NCBI GenBank assembly: GCA_964291405.2
Contig: OZ219926.1
Coordinates: forward strand, 1,216,001-1,280,000
Direction of reading: 5' to 3'
Length of the DNA: 64,000 bases
From: Thermodesulfobacteriota bacterium
GTDB taxonomy: Bacteria > Desulfobacterota > Binatia > Bin18
The notes below the pieces were generated by a model. The model saw nothing but the letters and a program-made list of their open reading frames with translations. It ran no database searches and was not told the origin of the DNA. This document shows positions 37,045 through 48,586 of this stretch, piece after piece; position 1 is the first letter of the stretch; each line of letters begins with the position of its first letter. The translations under genes were made by a program, and so were the position numbers.

Positions 37045-37196
37045 CAACGGCGTGTGTGACGCCGAAGGGATCTGTCGTAAGCGGTGTGTCGATACCGTCT
37101 AGAGCTCGGGTGCAGGAATAGCCTATTCGGCGCTCATCGAGTTCTCCCCGGATCGGTATGGACGGTCGTAGCTCCTGACGATTATGTTGTTCTGGT

Positions 37197-37527
37197 TCAG
37201 TGCTGAGGCAAGCTCCGCAAACGATAGCGATGGGGTTCCACGACACAATAGCATTGCTTGAGATATTCTTCCGTATGTTCTCTCAAGGGGCGTTGTAGCT
37301 GTTGATGGACATCCTCAAAATCGGTGGAGATTATGTGGCATAGGCCACACAGGCTTTCACATCAGGTCAATATCAAGGTCAGGGTAATACTTTTCACTAA
37401 TCTCCTTAAAGGGAATGCCTTCTTGGGCCAGTTCCAGGACATGCTCAACTAATATCCGTGTCCCTCTGATATACGGTTTTCCGAAATGGACCTGTGAGTC
37501 TACACTGAGACGGTCACGATACTTCAT
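37197..37527 (-). pseudogene. Decayed DUF433 antitoxin plus remnant of a DUF5615/PIN-like toxin
   Basis: ATG 37527 with AGGAGG RBS: MKYRDRLSVDSQVHFGKPYIRGTRILVEHVLEL...YYPDLDID, frameshift to DVKACVAYAT; downstream fragment LREHTEEYLKQCYCVVEPHRYRLRS. Confidence 0.75.
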
Positions 37528-37617
37528 AGAATGTGTATCCTCCTGGGCGTCAGTCTGAGATACCTGAGCACATCTTTGAAATAAACACTTACTTCACCAC
37601 TTCTCATTCAACCACAC

Positions 37618-38502
37618 TTAACGGGGGTCGTTGGGAAGCGCGCGCTGGGTAAATCCCACTACCATGCCAAAGGCTTGCTCCGGCCCGAGAATGACGGTGT
37701 CTGCGCCGTCCGGTTCGGGTCGGAGTTGCTTGTCTCTCAGAAAATCCCGGGCCTGGCCGAGGTCCGCGGTCTTGAATATCAGGGAGTAAATGCCCTCGCC
37801 GTTTTGCTCCAACTCACGGCCTTCCGGGCTGATCGTGGAAAGGGGCTGGGCCAGTTCTACGACCGTGTCTTCTCCAACAGCCACAAAGGCACTCTGCTTG
37901 CGATCCTCAGTGTGCTCCTCGTGGAGCAGGGTCCCGTCCAGAATGTCGCAATACAGCCGCTTGGCCGCGGACAGGTCCCTGACGACGACACCGATGTGCG
38001 AGGCACGCTGGATGCCGAGCGGATGCTGGCGCCAAGGGTCGCTTGACCAGCCCGGTTCCAGCCGCGGGTCGGCGATGTAGTCGCCGGACAGGGCAAACTC
38101 CAGTTGGCCGGGTGTCTGTCTCGGATGCGTCCAAATGGCCGCCGTATCGTACGGCGGCTTTACCTCTTTGCCGACAAGGTTATAGAGCCGCAGGCCGGCT
38201 GTATCGAGCCGGGCAGAGATGGCCGCAACATCGTCTACATACCAGGCAATGGAGTGGAAGTGCTGCCCGAAACGATCGTGAAATTTTTTCACCGACGGGT
38301 TTTTGAGGTTCTCCACGCGGGCGGGCATCATCGGTTCCATGATGACGTCTCCGATGGCAATCAGGGAGGCGTTACGGCCGGCCAGCTCTTCATAGCCGTT
38401 ATAGAAGCGCGTGACCGAGAACACGTCGTCATACCACCGGTCAACGGCTTCGAGGTCGTCCACAACATGGGTGAGATGAAACAGTTTGCCTATGGTGAAC
38501 AT
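37618..38502 (-). CDS. VOC / glyoxalase family protein (two domains)
   Basis: FHLTHVVDDL, FHSIAWYVDD, SHIGVVVRDL, VELAQP. Confidence 0.85.
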   Translation of the reverse strand: MFTIGKLFHLTHVVDDLEAVDRWYDDVFSVTRFYNGYEELAGRNASLIAIGDVIMEPMMPARVENLKNPSVKKFHDRFGQHFHSIAWYVDDVAAISARLDTAGLRLYNLVGKEVKPPYDTAAIWTHPRQTPGQLEFALSGDYIADPRLEPGWSSDPWRQHPLGIQRASHIGVVVRDLSAAKRLYCDILDGTLLHEEHTEDRKQSAFVAVGEDTVVELAQPLSTISPEGRELEQNGEGIYSLIFKTADLGQARDFLRDKQLRPEPDGADTVILGPEQAFGMVVGFTQRALPNDPR

Positions 38503-38553
38503 GCGTGTCTCTCCTTGCTTTGCACGTGCGAGCTGGTCACGGCCTTGCGCCGT

Positions 38554-39012
38554 TCAGTCGTTGTTGGCCCAGCTCTCTTCGTAGTTCGTGTGCATACGCC
38601 CACGCGCGCGGAGGTGCTGTATCTTCCACTCTCCGTTCACTTTGACGTAATCGTCCTCATAGCGCGCCGCCAGCCACTTGGCCTGATTGTTCTTGTAGAA
38701 CGTGAACGGCCCAAAGAAGTACCAGATACCGGTGGCCCGGTCGCCGTCGATTTTGATGATCGGGTTCATTACCTGGTGCTGGGAGAAGCTGATCAGCGTC
38801 TGAAATTTTTTGAACAGCTCACGAATGGCCTCATGGCCCTGGGCTTTGCCGAAACCAGCACCTTCCCAGATACCGTCTTGGGCAAAAATCGTAGTGATGC
38901 GCTCCGGGTTGTGGTCATCATCGCAAATATCGCAGTAGGTTGCCTTGAGTTGTTTGATGGCCTCAAGGTCCTCAATACGCGTGATACGTTGTTCCAGCTC
39001 GGTCATATCCAT
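38554..39012 (-). CDS. SnoaL-like / NTF2 family protein
   Basis: LEAIKQLKATYC...D, H..MNPII, YEDDYVKVNGEWKI. Confidence 0.88.
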   Translation of the reverse strand: MDMTELEQRITRIEDLEAIKQLKATYCDICDDDHNPERITTIFAQDGIWEGAGFGKAQGHEAIRELFKKFQTLISFSQHQVMNPIIKIDGDRATGIWYFFGPFTFYKNNQAKWLAARYEDDYVKVNGEWKIQHLRARGRMHTNYEESWANND

Positions 39013-39041
39013 TGGTGTACGCTCCTTCCTTCGTTTCGGGC

Positions 39042-40739
39042 TTATTGCTCATGAGTGCGGAGCACCTGCCCCGGCAGGCCGCCGACATATTCTCCCTCTT
39101 CGTACAGTACGTGTCCGTTCACAATCGTATGGGTGATCCCTTCCGACTGCGTGACGAGCCGACGGCCGCCGCCGGGTAGATCATGCCGAACCTCCGGGCG
39201 TTCCGGAGAGCGCACGGTGTTCAGGTCGAAAATGGTGATGTCCGCCGCCATGCCGGGCCGCAGCAAGCCGCGCTGAGGCAGGCCGAAATACTGTGCCGGC
39301 TCGGAGGTGATGCGCTTCACCGCATGTTCCAGCGTAATCGCCTGTTTGTCGCGCACGAAGGTGCCCAACAGATAGGTTGGATAGCCGGCGTTACACAGCA
39401 TATCGACGTGCGCACCACCGTCAGAGATGCCGATCAGCGTGCGTGGGTCACTGAACTTCTTTGCTACCCGTTCCTCATTGATATCGAGCCGCGGCAGCAT
39501 ATAGTCGAGCCTGAGCCCATCTTCAAGCGAGAGGTCAAAGAAGGCGTCGAGCGGCGCCACGCCACGCTCCTGAGCGATCTGGGCGATCGTTTTCCACTCG
39601 AGCGCCTTGAGGGCGGGCTGCGTCGCTTCCTTCACCTGCGTATTCTTCCAGATGTCACGCAAAAGCGGACGGTGTTCCAGGTCGGCGGCAAACGCGCGAC
39701 GAAACTCCGCGTCCGCATAGGTCCGCTTTTGATCTTCGAGCGAGGCATCACCGAATACCGGCTTCATGGAGCGCAGACTGGCGAACAGGAACGGGTTGCG
39801 CAGATTAAACTCAACCGTCAGTGGCCGCACGGCAACCTGAGGGCGACAACCGCGGTCCAGTAGCGGCGCAACCTGGTCCAGAGTGTCGGTCCAGGCTGTT
39901 GGCGCATCGTCCCGGTCACGCAGATTGAGCCAGGTGACGGGCCGGCCGCTCTCGGCCGCGAGCAACTCAAGCAGCGCGTATTCTTTTGCGGAAACCGTGC
40001 TCGGCTGTTTCGTCAGCGCGATTTCAATTGTGCCGCGGCCGCGTTCCGCGAGGAGCCTGGAATAGGTACGCAGTTCATCCCGGCTCGCCAGACGGCAGGC
40101 CAGCGGTTTGGCTTTGTAGCCGATATGCTGTGGCAGGACCGTGAGCGAGAAGCCGAGTGCGCCGGCGTCAAGCGCTTCGCCCAGCAGCGCGCTGATCTTC
40201 GCCGTTTCATCCTCTGTGGCCTCACGCTCCATAGCGTCGTTCCCCATGACGAACTGACGGAACGGAGACAGGGCGGCCAGAAATCCGACGTTGATACCAA
40301 CCCCGCGCTGAGCCGCCGCGGCCATATACTGTGGGAAGCTTTCCCAGTCCCACGGGAGGCCCTGGTTGAGGACTTCGTAGGGAATCGCCTCAACGTGGAC
40401 AAGGTTCGAGGTCGCAATATCGCGCTCTTCGGGCCTACAGGGAGCCAGACCGACACCGCAGTTGCCCATGATGACGCTGGTCACGCCATGCCAGGATGAA
40501 CAGGTGACCAGCGGGTCCCAACAGATTTGGGCATCATAATGGGTATGTGGATCAATAAAGCCCGGCGCAACAATGAGATCGGCGGCGTCGATGACACGCG
40601 TGGCTCCAGCCGTGATTCTGTCCGAGCCCTTGCCTATCTCAACGATACGACCGGCCCGGACTGCCAGGTCGGCCCGAAAAGCGGGCTGCCCGCTGCCATC
40701 GACGAGGGTTCCGTTTTTTATGAGTAGATCGTAGACCAT
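39042..40739 (-). CDS. N-acyl-D-amino-acid deacylase family amidohydrolase
   Basis: PGFIDPHTHYD, HGVTSVIMGNCG, SDGGAH. Confidence 0.9.
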   Translation of the reverse strand: MVYDLLIKNGTLVDGSGQPAFRADLAVRAGRIVEIGKGSDRITAGATRVIDAADLIVAPGFIDPHTHYDAQICWDPLVTCSSWHGVTSVIMGNCGVGLAPCRPEERDIATSNLVHVEAIPYEVLNQGLPWDWESFPQYMAAAAQRGVGINVGFLAALSPFRQFVMGNDAMEREATEDETAKISALLGEALDAGALGFSLTVLPQHIGYKAKPLACRLASRDELRTYSRLLAERGRGTIEIALTKQPSTVSAKEYALLELLAAESGRPVTWLNLRDRDDAPTAWTDTLDQVAPLLDRGCRPQVAVRPLTVEFNLRNPFLFASLRSMKPVFGDASLEDQKRTYADAEFRRAFAADLEHRPLLRDIWKNTQVKEATQPALKALEWKTIAQIAQERGVAPLDAFFDLSLEDGLRLDYMLPRLDINEERVAKKFSDPRTLIGISDGGAHVDMLCNAGYPTYLLGTFVRDKQAITLEHAVKRITSEPAQYFGLPQRGLLRPGMAADITIFDLNTVRSPERPEVRHDLPGGGRRLVTQSEGITHTIVNGHVLYEEGEYVGGLPGQVLRTHEQ

Positions 40740-40774
40740 TATCATTACCCCCTTTATTGGGCTCCGGTGCGTGA

Positions 40775-42562
<1,788 letters not shown>

Positions 42563-42570
42563 ACGCCTCC

Positions 42571-43701
42571 TTATGCGTCCAAATGGTATATTCTGGCGGT
42601 ATTGCCACCGACAATCTTGGCCCGTTCCTCCTCGCTGCACTCGCTCAGAATCTCGTCGAGAATCTGCTGTGACCGGGGAAAGGTACATTCGGGGTGAGGA
42701 TAGTCCGACCCCCACAGGAGATTGTCCACGCCAATAAGCTGCCGGTCTCTGATGCCCAAGGCATCTTCCTGAAAGCTGATAAAGACGTTGCGGTGGAAAT
42801 AGTCGCTGGGCAGCATATCTTCCGTAAACCGATACGCGCCGTGCTGCGGCCTTTGGGTATAAGTATAGTCCAGACGTTCGAGGAAATGAGACGCCCAGGA
42901 GACCTCCTGCTCGATTGAGCCCACCTGGAGTTTCGGATAGCGCTCGAAGACCCCACTCAAAATCAGGCGGGCGAGCGACATGCGCACCCAGTGGTCTACA
43001 TTCACCAGGGCCGGGTAGTCAATGGTCTCAAGGGTCCCCTCATCGATATAGCCCGAACCCGGCCGATTGGTCGCCAGGTGGAGGCTGAGCGGCAGGTCCA
43101 AATCCTGGGCCGCGGCCCACAAGGGTTCGTATATCGGTCGGTCGTACGACTTCTGCTCGGTCGGATAGACCGAGATCATCGCCCCGACCAGCCCCAGTTT
43201 GGCGCAGCGCTTCATCTCACGGATACCCGACTGAACATCGTCAATGTCGAGCATGGCGATGCCTTTCAGACGGTCGGGGAAGGCGCTACAGAATTCGGCC
43301 AGCCAGCTATTATACGCGTAGCATAAGGCGGTCAGCAGTTCGCTATCCGGATGGCCGTACAGCAACAGCCCCTGGCTGGGATAGAGGAGCGCGACATCAA
43401 TGCCATCCGCGTCCATATCGGTAATACGCGCCTCGGGGATATAGGCTCCAGGCCGGACATTGTCCATGCGATCGGCAAAGCTCATCTTTTCCGGGTTTTC
43501 AAACCGCATCCCCATCTGCGATCCGCCCGACCCGCCACTGGCTCCGATGAGTCCGTCGCACATCCACCAGTCGGTGTCGTCCTCCGCGCGGTGGACAACG
43601 TGGGGAGCGCGGTCCCTGAACTTCGCCTCAACCCGACTCGTCCACAAATCGGCCGGCTCAAAAACATGGTCGTCCGACGATATGACTCTCCGGCTCGCCA
43701 T
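42571..43701 (-). CDS. Amidohydrolase family protein (Amidohydro_2 type)
   Basis: SSDDHVFEP, SLH, GVFERYP, WGSDYPH; start ATG 43701. Confidence 0.88.
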   Translation of the reverse strand: MASRRVISSDDHVFEPADLWTSRVEAKFRDRAPHVVHRAEDDTDWWMCDGLIGASGGSGGSQMGMRFENPEKMSFADRMDNVRPGAYIPEARITDMDADGIDVALLYPSQGLLLYGHPDSELLTALCYAYNSWLAEFCSAFPDRLKGIAMLDIDDVQSGIREMKRCAKLGLVGAMISVYPTEQKSYDRPIYEPLWAAAQDLDLPLSLHLATNRPGSGYIDEGTLETIDYPALVNVDHWVRMSLARLILSGVFERYPKLQVGSIEQEVSWASHFLERLDYTYTQRPQHGAYRFTEDMLPSDYFHRNVFISFQEDALGIRDRQLIGVDNLLWGSDYPHPECTFPRSQQILDEILSECSEEERAKIVGGNTARIYHLDA

Positions 43702-43714
43702 GGTAATCCCTCCT

Positions 43715-45457
43715 TTATACGGCCGCTCCGTGGCGGAGCAGTTTGCCCGGGGTCGCCTGCGTACACTGCCCGTCTTCGAAGATAGTGACCCCGTTGACCA
43801 GAATGTGCCGATACCCTTCGGCTTTCTGCACACGGCGCCACTCGTTGGTCGGCAGGTCGTGCACCACTTCCTCCGGCAGCGAGCGCAGTTGCTCCAGTTC
43901 ATACACCACAATGTCCGCCGCCATGCCAACGCGCAGGCTACCTCGATCTTTGAAGCCCGCTGCCCAGGCCGGCATCCCGCTCAACCGGAAATGCGCCTCC
44001 TCCAGACTGATGATCCCGGCATCCCGGACCAGCCAGGATAAGACCTCCGTCGGATAGATGGCCGGGGTGATGAATTTGACGTGGGCACCCCCATCGGAGA
44101 GGCCCGGCATGGTGTAGGGCGAGTTCATGACATCCCGGTAGCCCTCGATATTGGCATTGGTGGTCGGCCCCGCCCATTCGGTCCGCAAATCGTCCGCCAC
44201 CGACAGGTCGAGCATGGCGTCAACCACATGCTTGTGCTCCCGCTCGGCAATCTGGGCCACCGACAGCCCCTCGTACGTAGTTTTGAGTTCAGGATTGCGG
44301 ACCTTGCGAGCGATATAGCGCGTCAACGCTCCAAAGGCGAGATCCAGGGTTTCAAAGCCGCCCTGGTCATAGTCCTGTCGCATGGCCTGGCGCAGTTCGG
44401 GATTGGACAGTTTCGCTTTCTTTTCTTCCACGGTTCCGAGCGTTGCCTCGCGCCACAGCGGGGAGCCGTCGAACATATTCCAGTGTTCGAGAGTCATCCG
44501 AACCGGTGCCCGGGCGGTTACTGCCTGGCCAAACACGCGACGGCCGCGGTCGTTCGCCTCGGCGATCCATTTGAGTTGCGACTGGTGCGACTCCGGATGG
44601 GCATCAAAGATCTCCACCGAGTTGTACAACAGCGGGCGGCCACTCTCCGCCGCCAATTTTTCCAGAAAGATAAAATCCGCCTCAACTCCGAGCAGGCTTT
44701 CACCTGCCCCGGATTGAGAAAACTGGATACAGCCCTCTCCGCGTTCAGCCAGCGCTCGTCCCAGAGCCAGGTAGAATTCGTCCGGTAAAATGTCGGTAAT
44801 CATCGGCGTGCCGTCATAGTCGCGCTGGACCGAAATCCGGCTCTCCGGCACAAAACGCTGGGCCGACCAGCCCACCGCCCCGGCGTCCAGGGCCGTGTGC
44901 AGATGACGGATAATGGCCTGCGTCTCCTGTTCATTCGGAAAGCGCTGCTTGGCCGCGTCAAAGCCACCCATCTCATAGGCGACGGCCGGGGCCACTGGAA
45001 ACAGATGCGAGATATTGATCCCCAGCGGCATCCGGGCGAGCGCGGCCATATATTGTGGAAAGGTCTCCCAATCGGCCTGTATCGAGACTTTCATGGGCTC
45101 AAGCGGAATGGCCTCGTTGCGCGACAGGGCCAGCATGGCCCGCTCGGCATCTTGGGCGTGGAGCGGCGCAAAGCCAAAGCCACAGTTCCCGATCGTCACG
45201 GAAGTTACCCCATGCCAACTGCTGATCGTACAATAGGCGTCCCAGTGAATCTGCGCATCGTAATGGGTGTGCAGGTCAATAAAGCCCGGCGCTACGATGT
45301 ACCCACTGGCGTCAATCACGCTGGCCGCCTGACTGGTCTTGAGGTTGCCGATGGCTGCGATCAGGCCGCTCTTGATGCCGATATCGGCTCGGTAGCGCGG
45401 TACCCGGGTGCCGTCGATGACGGTCCCGTTTTTGATGATCGTATCAAATTGCGGCAT
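43715..45457 (-). CDS. N-acyl-D-amino-acid deacylase family amidohydrolase
   Basis: PGFIDLHTHYD, HGVTSVTIGNCG, SDGGAH. Confidence 0.9.
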   Translation of the reverse strand: MPQFDTIIKNGTVIDGTRVPRYRADIGIKSGLIAAIGNLKTSQAASVIDASGYIVAPGFIDLHTHYDAQIHWDAYCTISSWHGVTSVTIGNCGFGFAPLHAQDAERAMLALSRNEAIPLEPMKVSIQADWETFPQYMAALARMPLGINISHLFPVAPAVAYEMGGFDAAKQRFPNEQETQAIIRHLHTALDAGAVGWSAQRFVPESRISVQRDYDGTPMITDILPDEFYLALGRALAERGEGCIQFSQSGAGESLLGVEADFIFLEKLAAESGRPLLYNSVEIFDAHPESHQSQLKWIAEANDRGRRVFGQAVTARAPVRMTLEHWNMFDGSPLWREATLGTVEEKKAKLSNPELRQAMRQDYDQGGFETLDLAFGALTRYIARKVRNPELKTTYEGLSVAQIAEREHKHVVDAMLDLSVADDLRTEWAGPTTNANIEGYRDVMNSPYTMPGLSDGGAHVKFITPAIYPTEVLSWLVRDAGIISLEEAHFRLSGMPAWAAGFKDRGSLRVGMAADIVVYELEQLRSLPEEVVHDLPTNEWRRVQKAEGYRHILVNGVTIFEDGQCTQATPGKLLRHGAAV

Positions 45458-45471
45458 AGCGCCCTCCTTGA

Positions 45472-46380
45472 TTACGTGTTTTCTGAGTGGCCCGAACTTG
45501 ACGCCGGGCGATAATCGGCGTGCAGGTCAGCCGCACAGACCCAATCGTGCTCGCCTCGGCCGCTGGCAACTCCAGCCTCAAAGAGCCGTGTCAGGGCATC
45601 AAACATACCGGGGTCAATGTCCGCGTCTCGACTGTAGTTGGCAATCAGCCGGCTAATGGCAACCATGACACTGACGCTGCTTTCAATCTTGTCGGGGTTG
45701 GTTGCGAAATCCTCTTGCCGAGCTTTGTCCAGGATATCCGTCACCATCAACGGAATAGTCTTTTTGATAAAGGCTTCATACTGATCCAGGGGAACGCCCT
45801 CGTTCCGGCAGATCTTGACCGCCTGGAGCAAACCGACCACCAGGGGCGCGACGGGGATGATGCAGGACAGGTCGAAGGCGGATGCAGCTCCAGGGTTATC
45901 GCCTAGAAAGAGGACGCCACCGAGCCGCTCCAGCATGGACCGGCAGGTTGAGAAAGCCGCCGGGTCCCCGCTACACAGAATCTGGAGTTGAGGGGTTCCC
46001 ACCAGATTGGGATAGCCAATGACCGCCCCGTCCAGATAGCGTCCGCCGGCCGTGGTGATGTGGTCTCCCAGCCGGCGTGCTTCGTTTGGCGTGCCGGTCG
46101 TCAATTCAATAATGATTTTTCCTCTCAGTCGGCGCTGTTCGTTTTCAAGCAGGGTCAGGCAGTCGGCGCAGTTCGCGATATTGAAAATCGTCCACGGACT
46201 GGCCTCAAGGGCCGCCCCAACAGAGTCGGCGACGGTCACCCCGGTCACGCCGGACCGGACAATCGCCTCGGCTTTCTGTCGGGTACGATTCCAGATTGTG
46301 AGTGTGGACCCGCCTTTTGCCAGCGTGCGGACCAGGGCCGAGCCCATTAGCCCACACCCAATGATGCTGATCTCACTCAT
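45472..46380 (-). CDS. NAD(P)-dependent oxidoreductase (imine reductase / beta-hydroxyacid dehydrogenase-like)
   Basis: GCGLMGS, WNRT..KA, LTTGTP, YLDGA...P, FD. Confidence 0.82.
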   Translation of the reverse strand: MSEISIIGCGLMGSALVRTLAKGGSTLTIWNRTRQKAEAIVRSGVTGVTVADSVGAALEASPWTIFNIANCADCLTLLENEQRRLRGKIIIELTTGTPNEARRLGDHITTAGGRYLDGAVIGYPNLVGTPQLQILCSGDPAAFSTCRSMLERLGGVLFLGDNPGAASAFDLSCIIPVAPLVVGLLQAVKICRNEGVPLDQYEAFIKKTIPLMVTDILDKARQEDFATNPDKIESSVSVMVAISRLIANYSRDADIDPGMFDALTRLFEAGVASGRGEHDWVCAADLHADYRPASSSGHSENT

Positions 46381-46461
46381 AGCCCCCCCTCGCCTTCGTC
46401 ACTTACCATATTCTTGCGGAGAAAAGGAGTTGGTAGTTTTCCCTTTTCACCGCAGAACAAA
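46353..46461. repeat. Direct repeat copy A (leader plus first codons of the oxidoreductase gene)
   Basis: Aligns nearly end to end with 47504-47611. Confidence 0.85.
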
Positions 46462-46583
46462 GAAGCTGAAAGCGGGCGGCCAACCCCCATCATCGTTCGC
46501 ACCTCAGCAGCGTTGAGGCGGCCCTGCGCGCCCTTGGACGCGACTTGACCTATGCGGAAAAGGTCACCTCGGCCAGAGATGCT

Positions 46584-47474
46584 CTATCCTCCGAACATAT
46601 ACTTCATGGTGAACATCACCGAGTATTGATGCGGGCTGCTGAAATGTTCGTTGGAGCGAAAGTCAGGGTTCTCTCGATGAACCGGATGATCGCGGTAGCC
46701 TGCTTTGGCTTCGAGATCGTCCATAATGGAATACGTCAGTTTCACACCTGCCAGAATCTTGTCAGTCAGGTGGTAATCGGTGCCAATGTAGAAATTTCCA
46801 ACTACGACCGTATCCCACATATCGGCATCCTTATGGGAGTTATAGAATGACAGATCCCTCGAAGGGTCGGCCAAATCTTCGTAGTTGGTGGAATAATGCA
46901 CGTCGGACATCTCGCCGAATGCGACACCCAGGCCGACACCCAGGTAAGGCGTAACCTTTGGGTGGAATACGTCCAGGAAATCGTAATACACGTTTAATGA
47001 CAGGGTGCGCGTCGTGAGATCGTCAATCCTGGACACACTGTTGGAGACAACCTTGTTGTGTGCGGGCGGTTGATATGGAGCCCTGTCATCCAGATAGGTG
47101 CTGCCGGTGAACGTCTGGTCAATATCGTTCTTACGTTGTGCGGCCGAAATTTCCAGGCGCCACCGGTTGAACGTGCGGCCGAGCGAAATCTCGAACGCGC
47201 TGCCGAGATCCAGATCAAGATCGTAATTCCAGCGGTACCCCGGAATGGAAATTCCTTCGATGTTCTCGCTCAGACCCGGCTCATCACAGATACGAGGAGA
47301 GCAGTATGTATCCCGATTCCAGCCCTTCTCTTCTATGTCGTGAACCCAATTGGCCCCAATCCCACCACCAATATACCACTGGGACCGTTGTGGTTCCGCA
47401 CCCGCTTCACCTGATATGGAACAAACCAGCACCATTGTACTGACAGCAACCCACCGTATTAGTGAGCGTTTCAT
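46584..47474 (-). CDS. Outer-membrane beta-barrel protein (OmpA/Opa/Msp2-like)
   Basis: Signal peptide, WYIGGGIG, WRLE, LNVYYDF, TPYLGVGLG, C-terminal KYMF; start ATG 47474. Confidence 0.82.
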   Translation of the reverse strand: MKRSLIRWVAVSTMVLVCSISGEAGAEPQRSQWYIGGGIGANWVHDIEEKGWNRDTYCSPRICDEPGLSENIEGISIPGYRWNYDLDLDLGSAFEISLGRTFNRWRLEISAAQRKNDIDQTFTGSTYLDDRAPYQPPAHNKVVSNSVSRIDDLTTRTLSLNVYYDFLDVFHPKVTPYLGVGLGVAFGEMSDVHYSTNYEDLADPSRDLSFYNSHKDADMWDTVVVGNFYIGTDYHLTDKILAGVKLTYSIMDDLEAKAGYRDHPVHRENPDFRSNEHFSSPHQYSVMFTMKYMFGG

Positions 47475-47503
47475 CGGGGATTCCTTTTGCCGGCGTCTTC
47501 GTT

Positions 47504-47611
47504 CACAACCAATGATGTTGATCTCACTTATAGTTCTCCTCGCCTTCATCACCTACCACATTTCTACGGAGAAAAGGAGTTGGCAGTTTTCTCTTTTAAC
47601 CGTAGAACAAA
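47504..47611. repeat. Direct repeat copy B (upstream of the outer-membrane protein gene)
   Basis: Aligns with 46353-46461; the ATG of copy A is ATA here. Confidence 0.85.
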
Positions 47612-47695
47612 TCGGCTAGGACAGGTGCTGAAACCTCGCTCAGCGGGACACGGACTACCCGGTACGCCCTGCCGCGTAGGAGAAGGGGGAACAGC

Positions 47696-48565
47696 ATGAC
47701 AGCCAACCGAACGTATGAGATTGATGTAGAAGACGTTGAGTATCTCCGTCACGGGGACAAGCCCTTACTGGCACGTATGTTCAAGCCGCGCGGGCCGGGG
47801 CCGTTTCCGGCCATAATCGAACTCCACGGCGGAGCCTGGTGTTTAGGCGACCGATTGATGGACGTTACCATCAACGAGCCCCTGGCAAAAAGCGGGGTGG
47901 TCGTGGCAGCGCTCGATTTCCGCGTGCCGCCCGAAGCCTCGTACCCCGGCTCTCTGGCTGACATCAACTACGCCATCCGGTGGTTCAAGACACAAGCCAC
48001 GGAGTTTGGGAGCCACCCGGACCTCGTGGGCGCGTTGGGTAGCTCTAGTGGTGCCCACCAGGCAATACTGGCGGGCATGCGACCGTTCGATGCCAGGTAC
48101 GCGGCCCTCCCATTACCTGCCGGCGCGTCGGATGTTGATGCACGTCTGCGCTGTGCCGTCCTGTGCTGGCCGGTTATCGATCCCCTGGCGCGCTATCACT
48201 ATGCCAAGAAGCTGAAGGCGAGCGGTCAGCCCTACCCCGATTTAGTGGACCTCGTGCTGCCCCTGCACGACAAGTACTGGAAAACCGAGGAGGCCATGGC
48301 CGAGGGCAATCCGGTCCTCGCCCTGGAACGCGGAGAGCAGGTCGAACTACCGCCCGCGCTCTACATCCAAGGCACCCGCGACAGGGCCCATCCCCGTCCC
48401 GACCTCGACCGTTTTGTCGAACACTACCGCCAGGCCGGCGGTCAGGTCGCCCTGGAGATGTACGAGGACGAGGCGGAAGGGTTTATTATCAGGAATCCGT
48501 CTTCACCAGCTTCCGAGCAGGCCCTTCAGAAAATCATCGAATTCGTCCACGCACAGCTTCAGTGA
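47696..48565 (+). CDS. Alpha/beta hydrolase (HSL-type esterase)
   Basis: HGGAW, GSSSG, QGTRD; the catalytic His is not obvious. Confidence 0.8.
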   Translation: MTANRTYEIDVEDVEYLRHGDKPLLARMFKPRGPGPFPAIIELHGGAWCLGDRLMDVTINEPLAKSGVVVAALDFRVPPEASYPGSLADINYAIRWFKTQATEFGSHPDLVGALGSSSGAHQAILAGMRPFDARYAALPLPAGASDVDARLRCAVLCWPVIDPLARYHYAKKLKASGQPYPDLVDLVLPLHDKYWKTEEAMAEGNPVLALERGEQVELPPALYIQGTRDRAHPRPDLDRFVEHYRQAGGQVALEMYEDEAEGFIIRNPSSPASEQALQKIIEFVHAQLQ

Positions 48566-48586
48566 AGATAGAGTGGGCTGCTCCAT

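Noticed and set aside
46584-47552. Extended N-terminus of the outer-membrane protein (MMKARRTISEINIIGC...)
   Set aside because: The extension is the duplicated oxidoreductase leader; the signal peptide begins at ATG 47474
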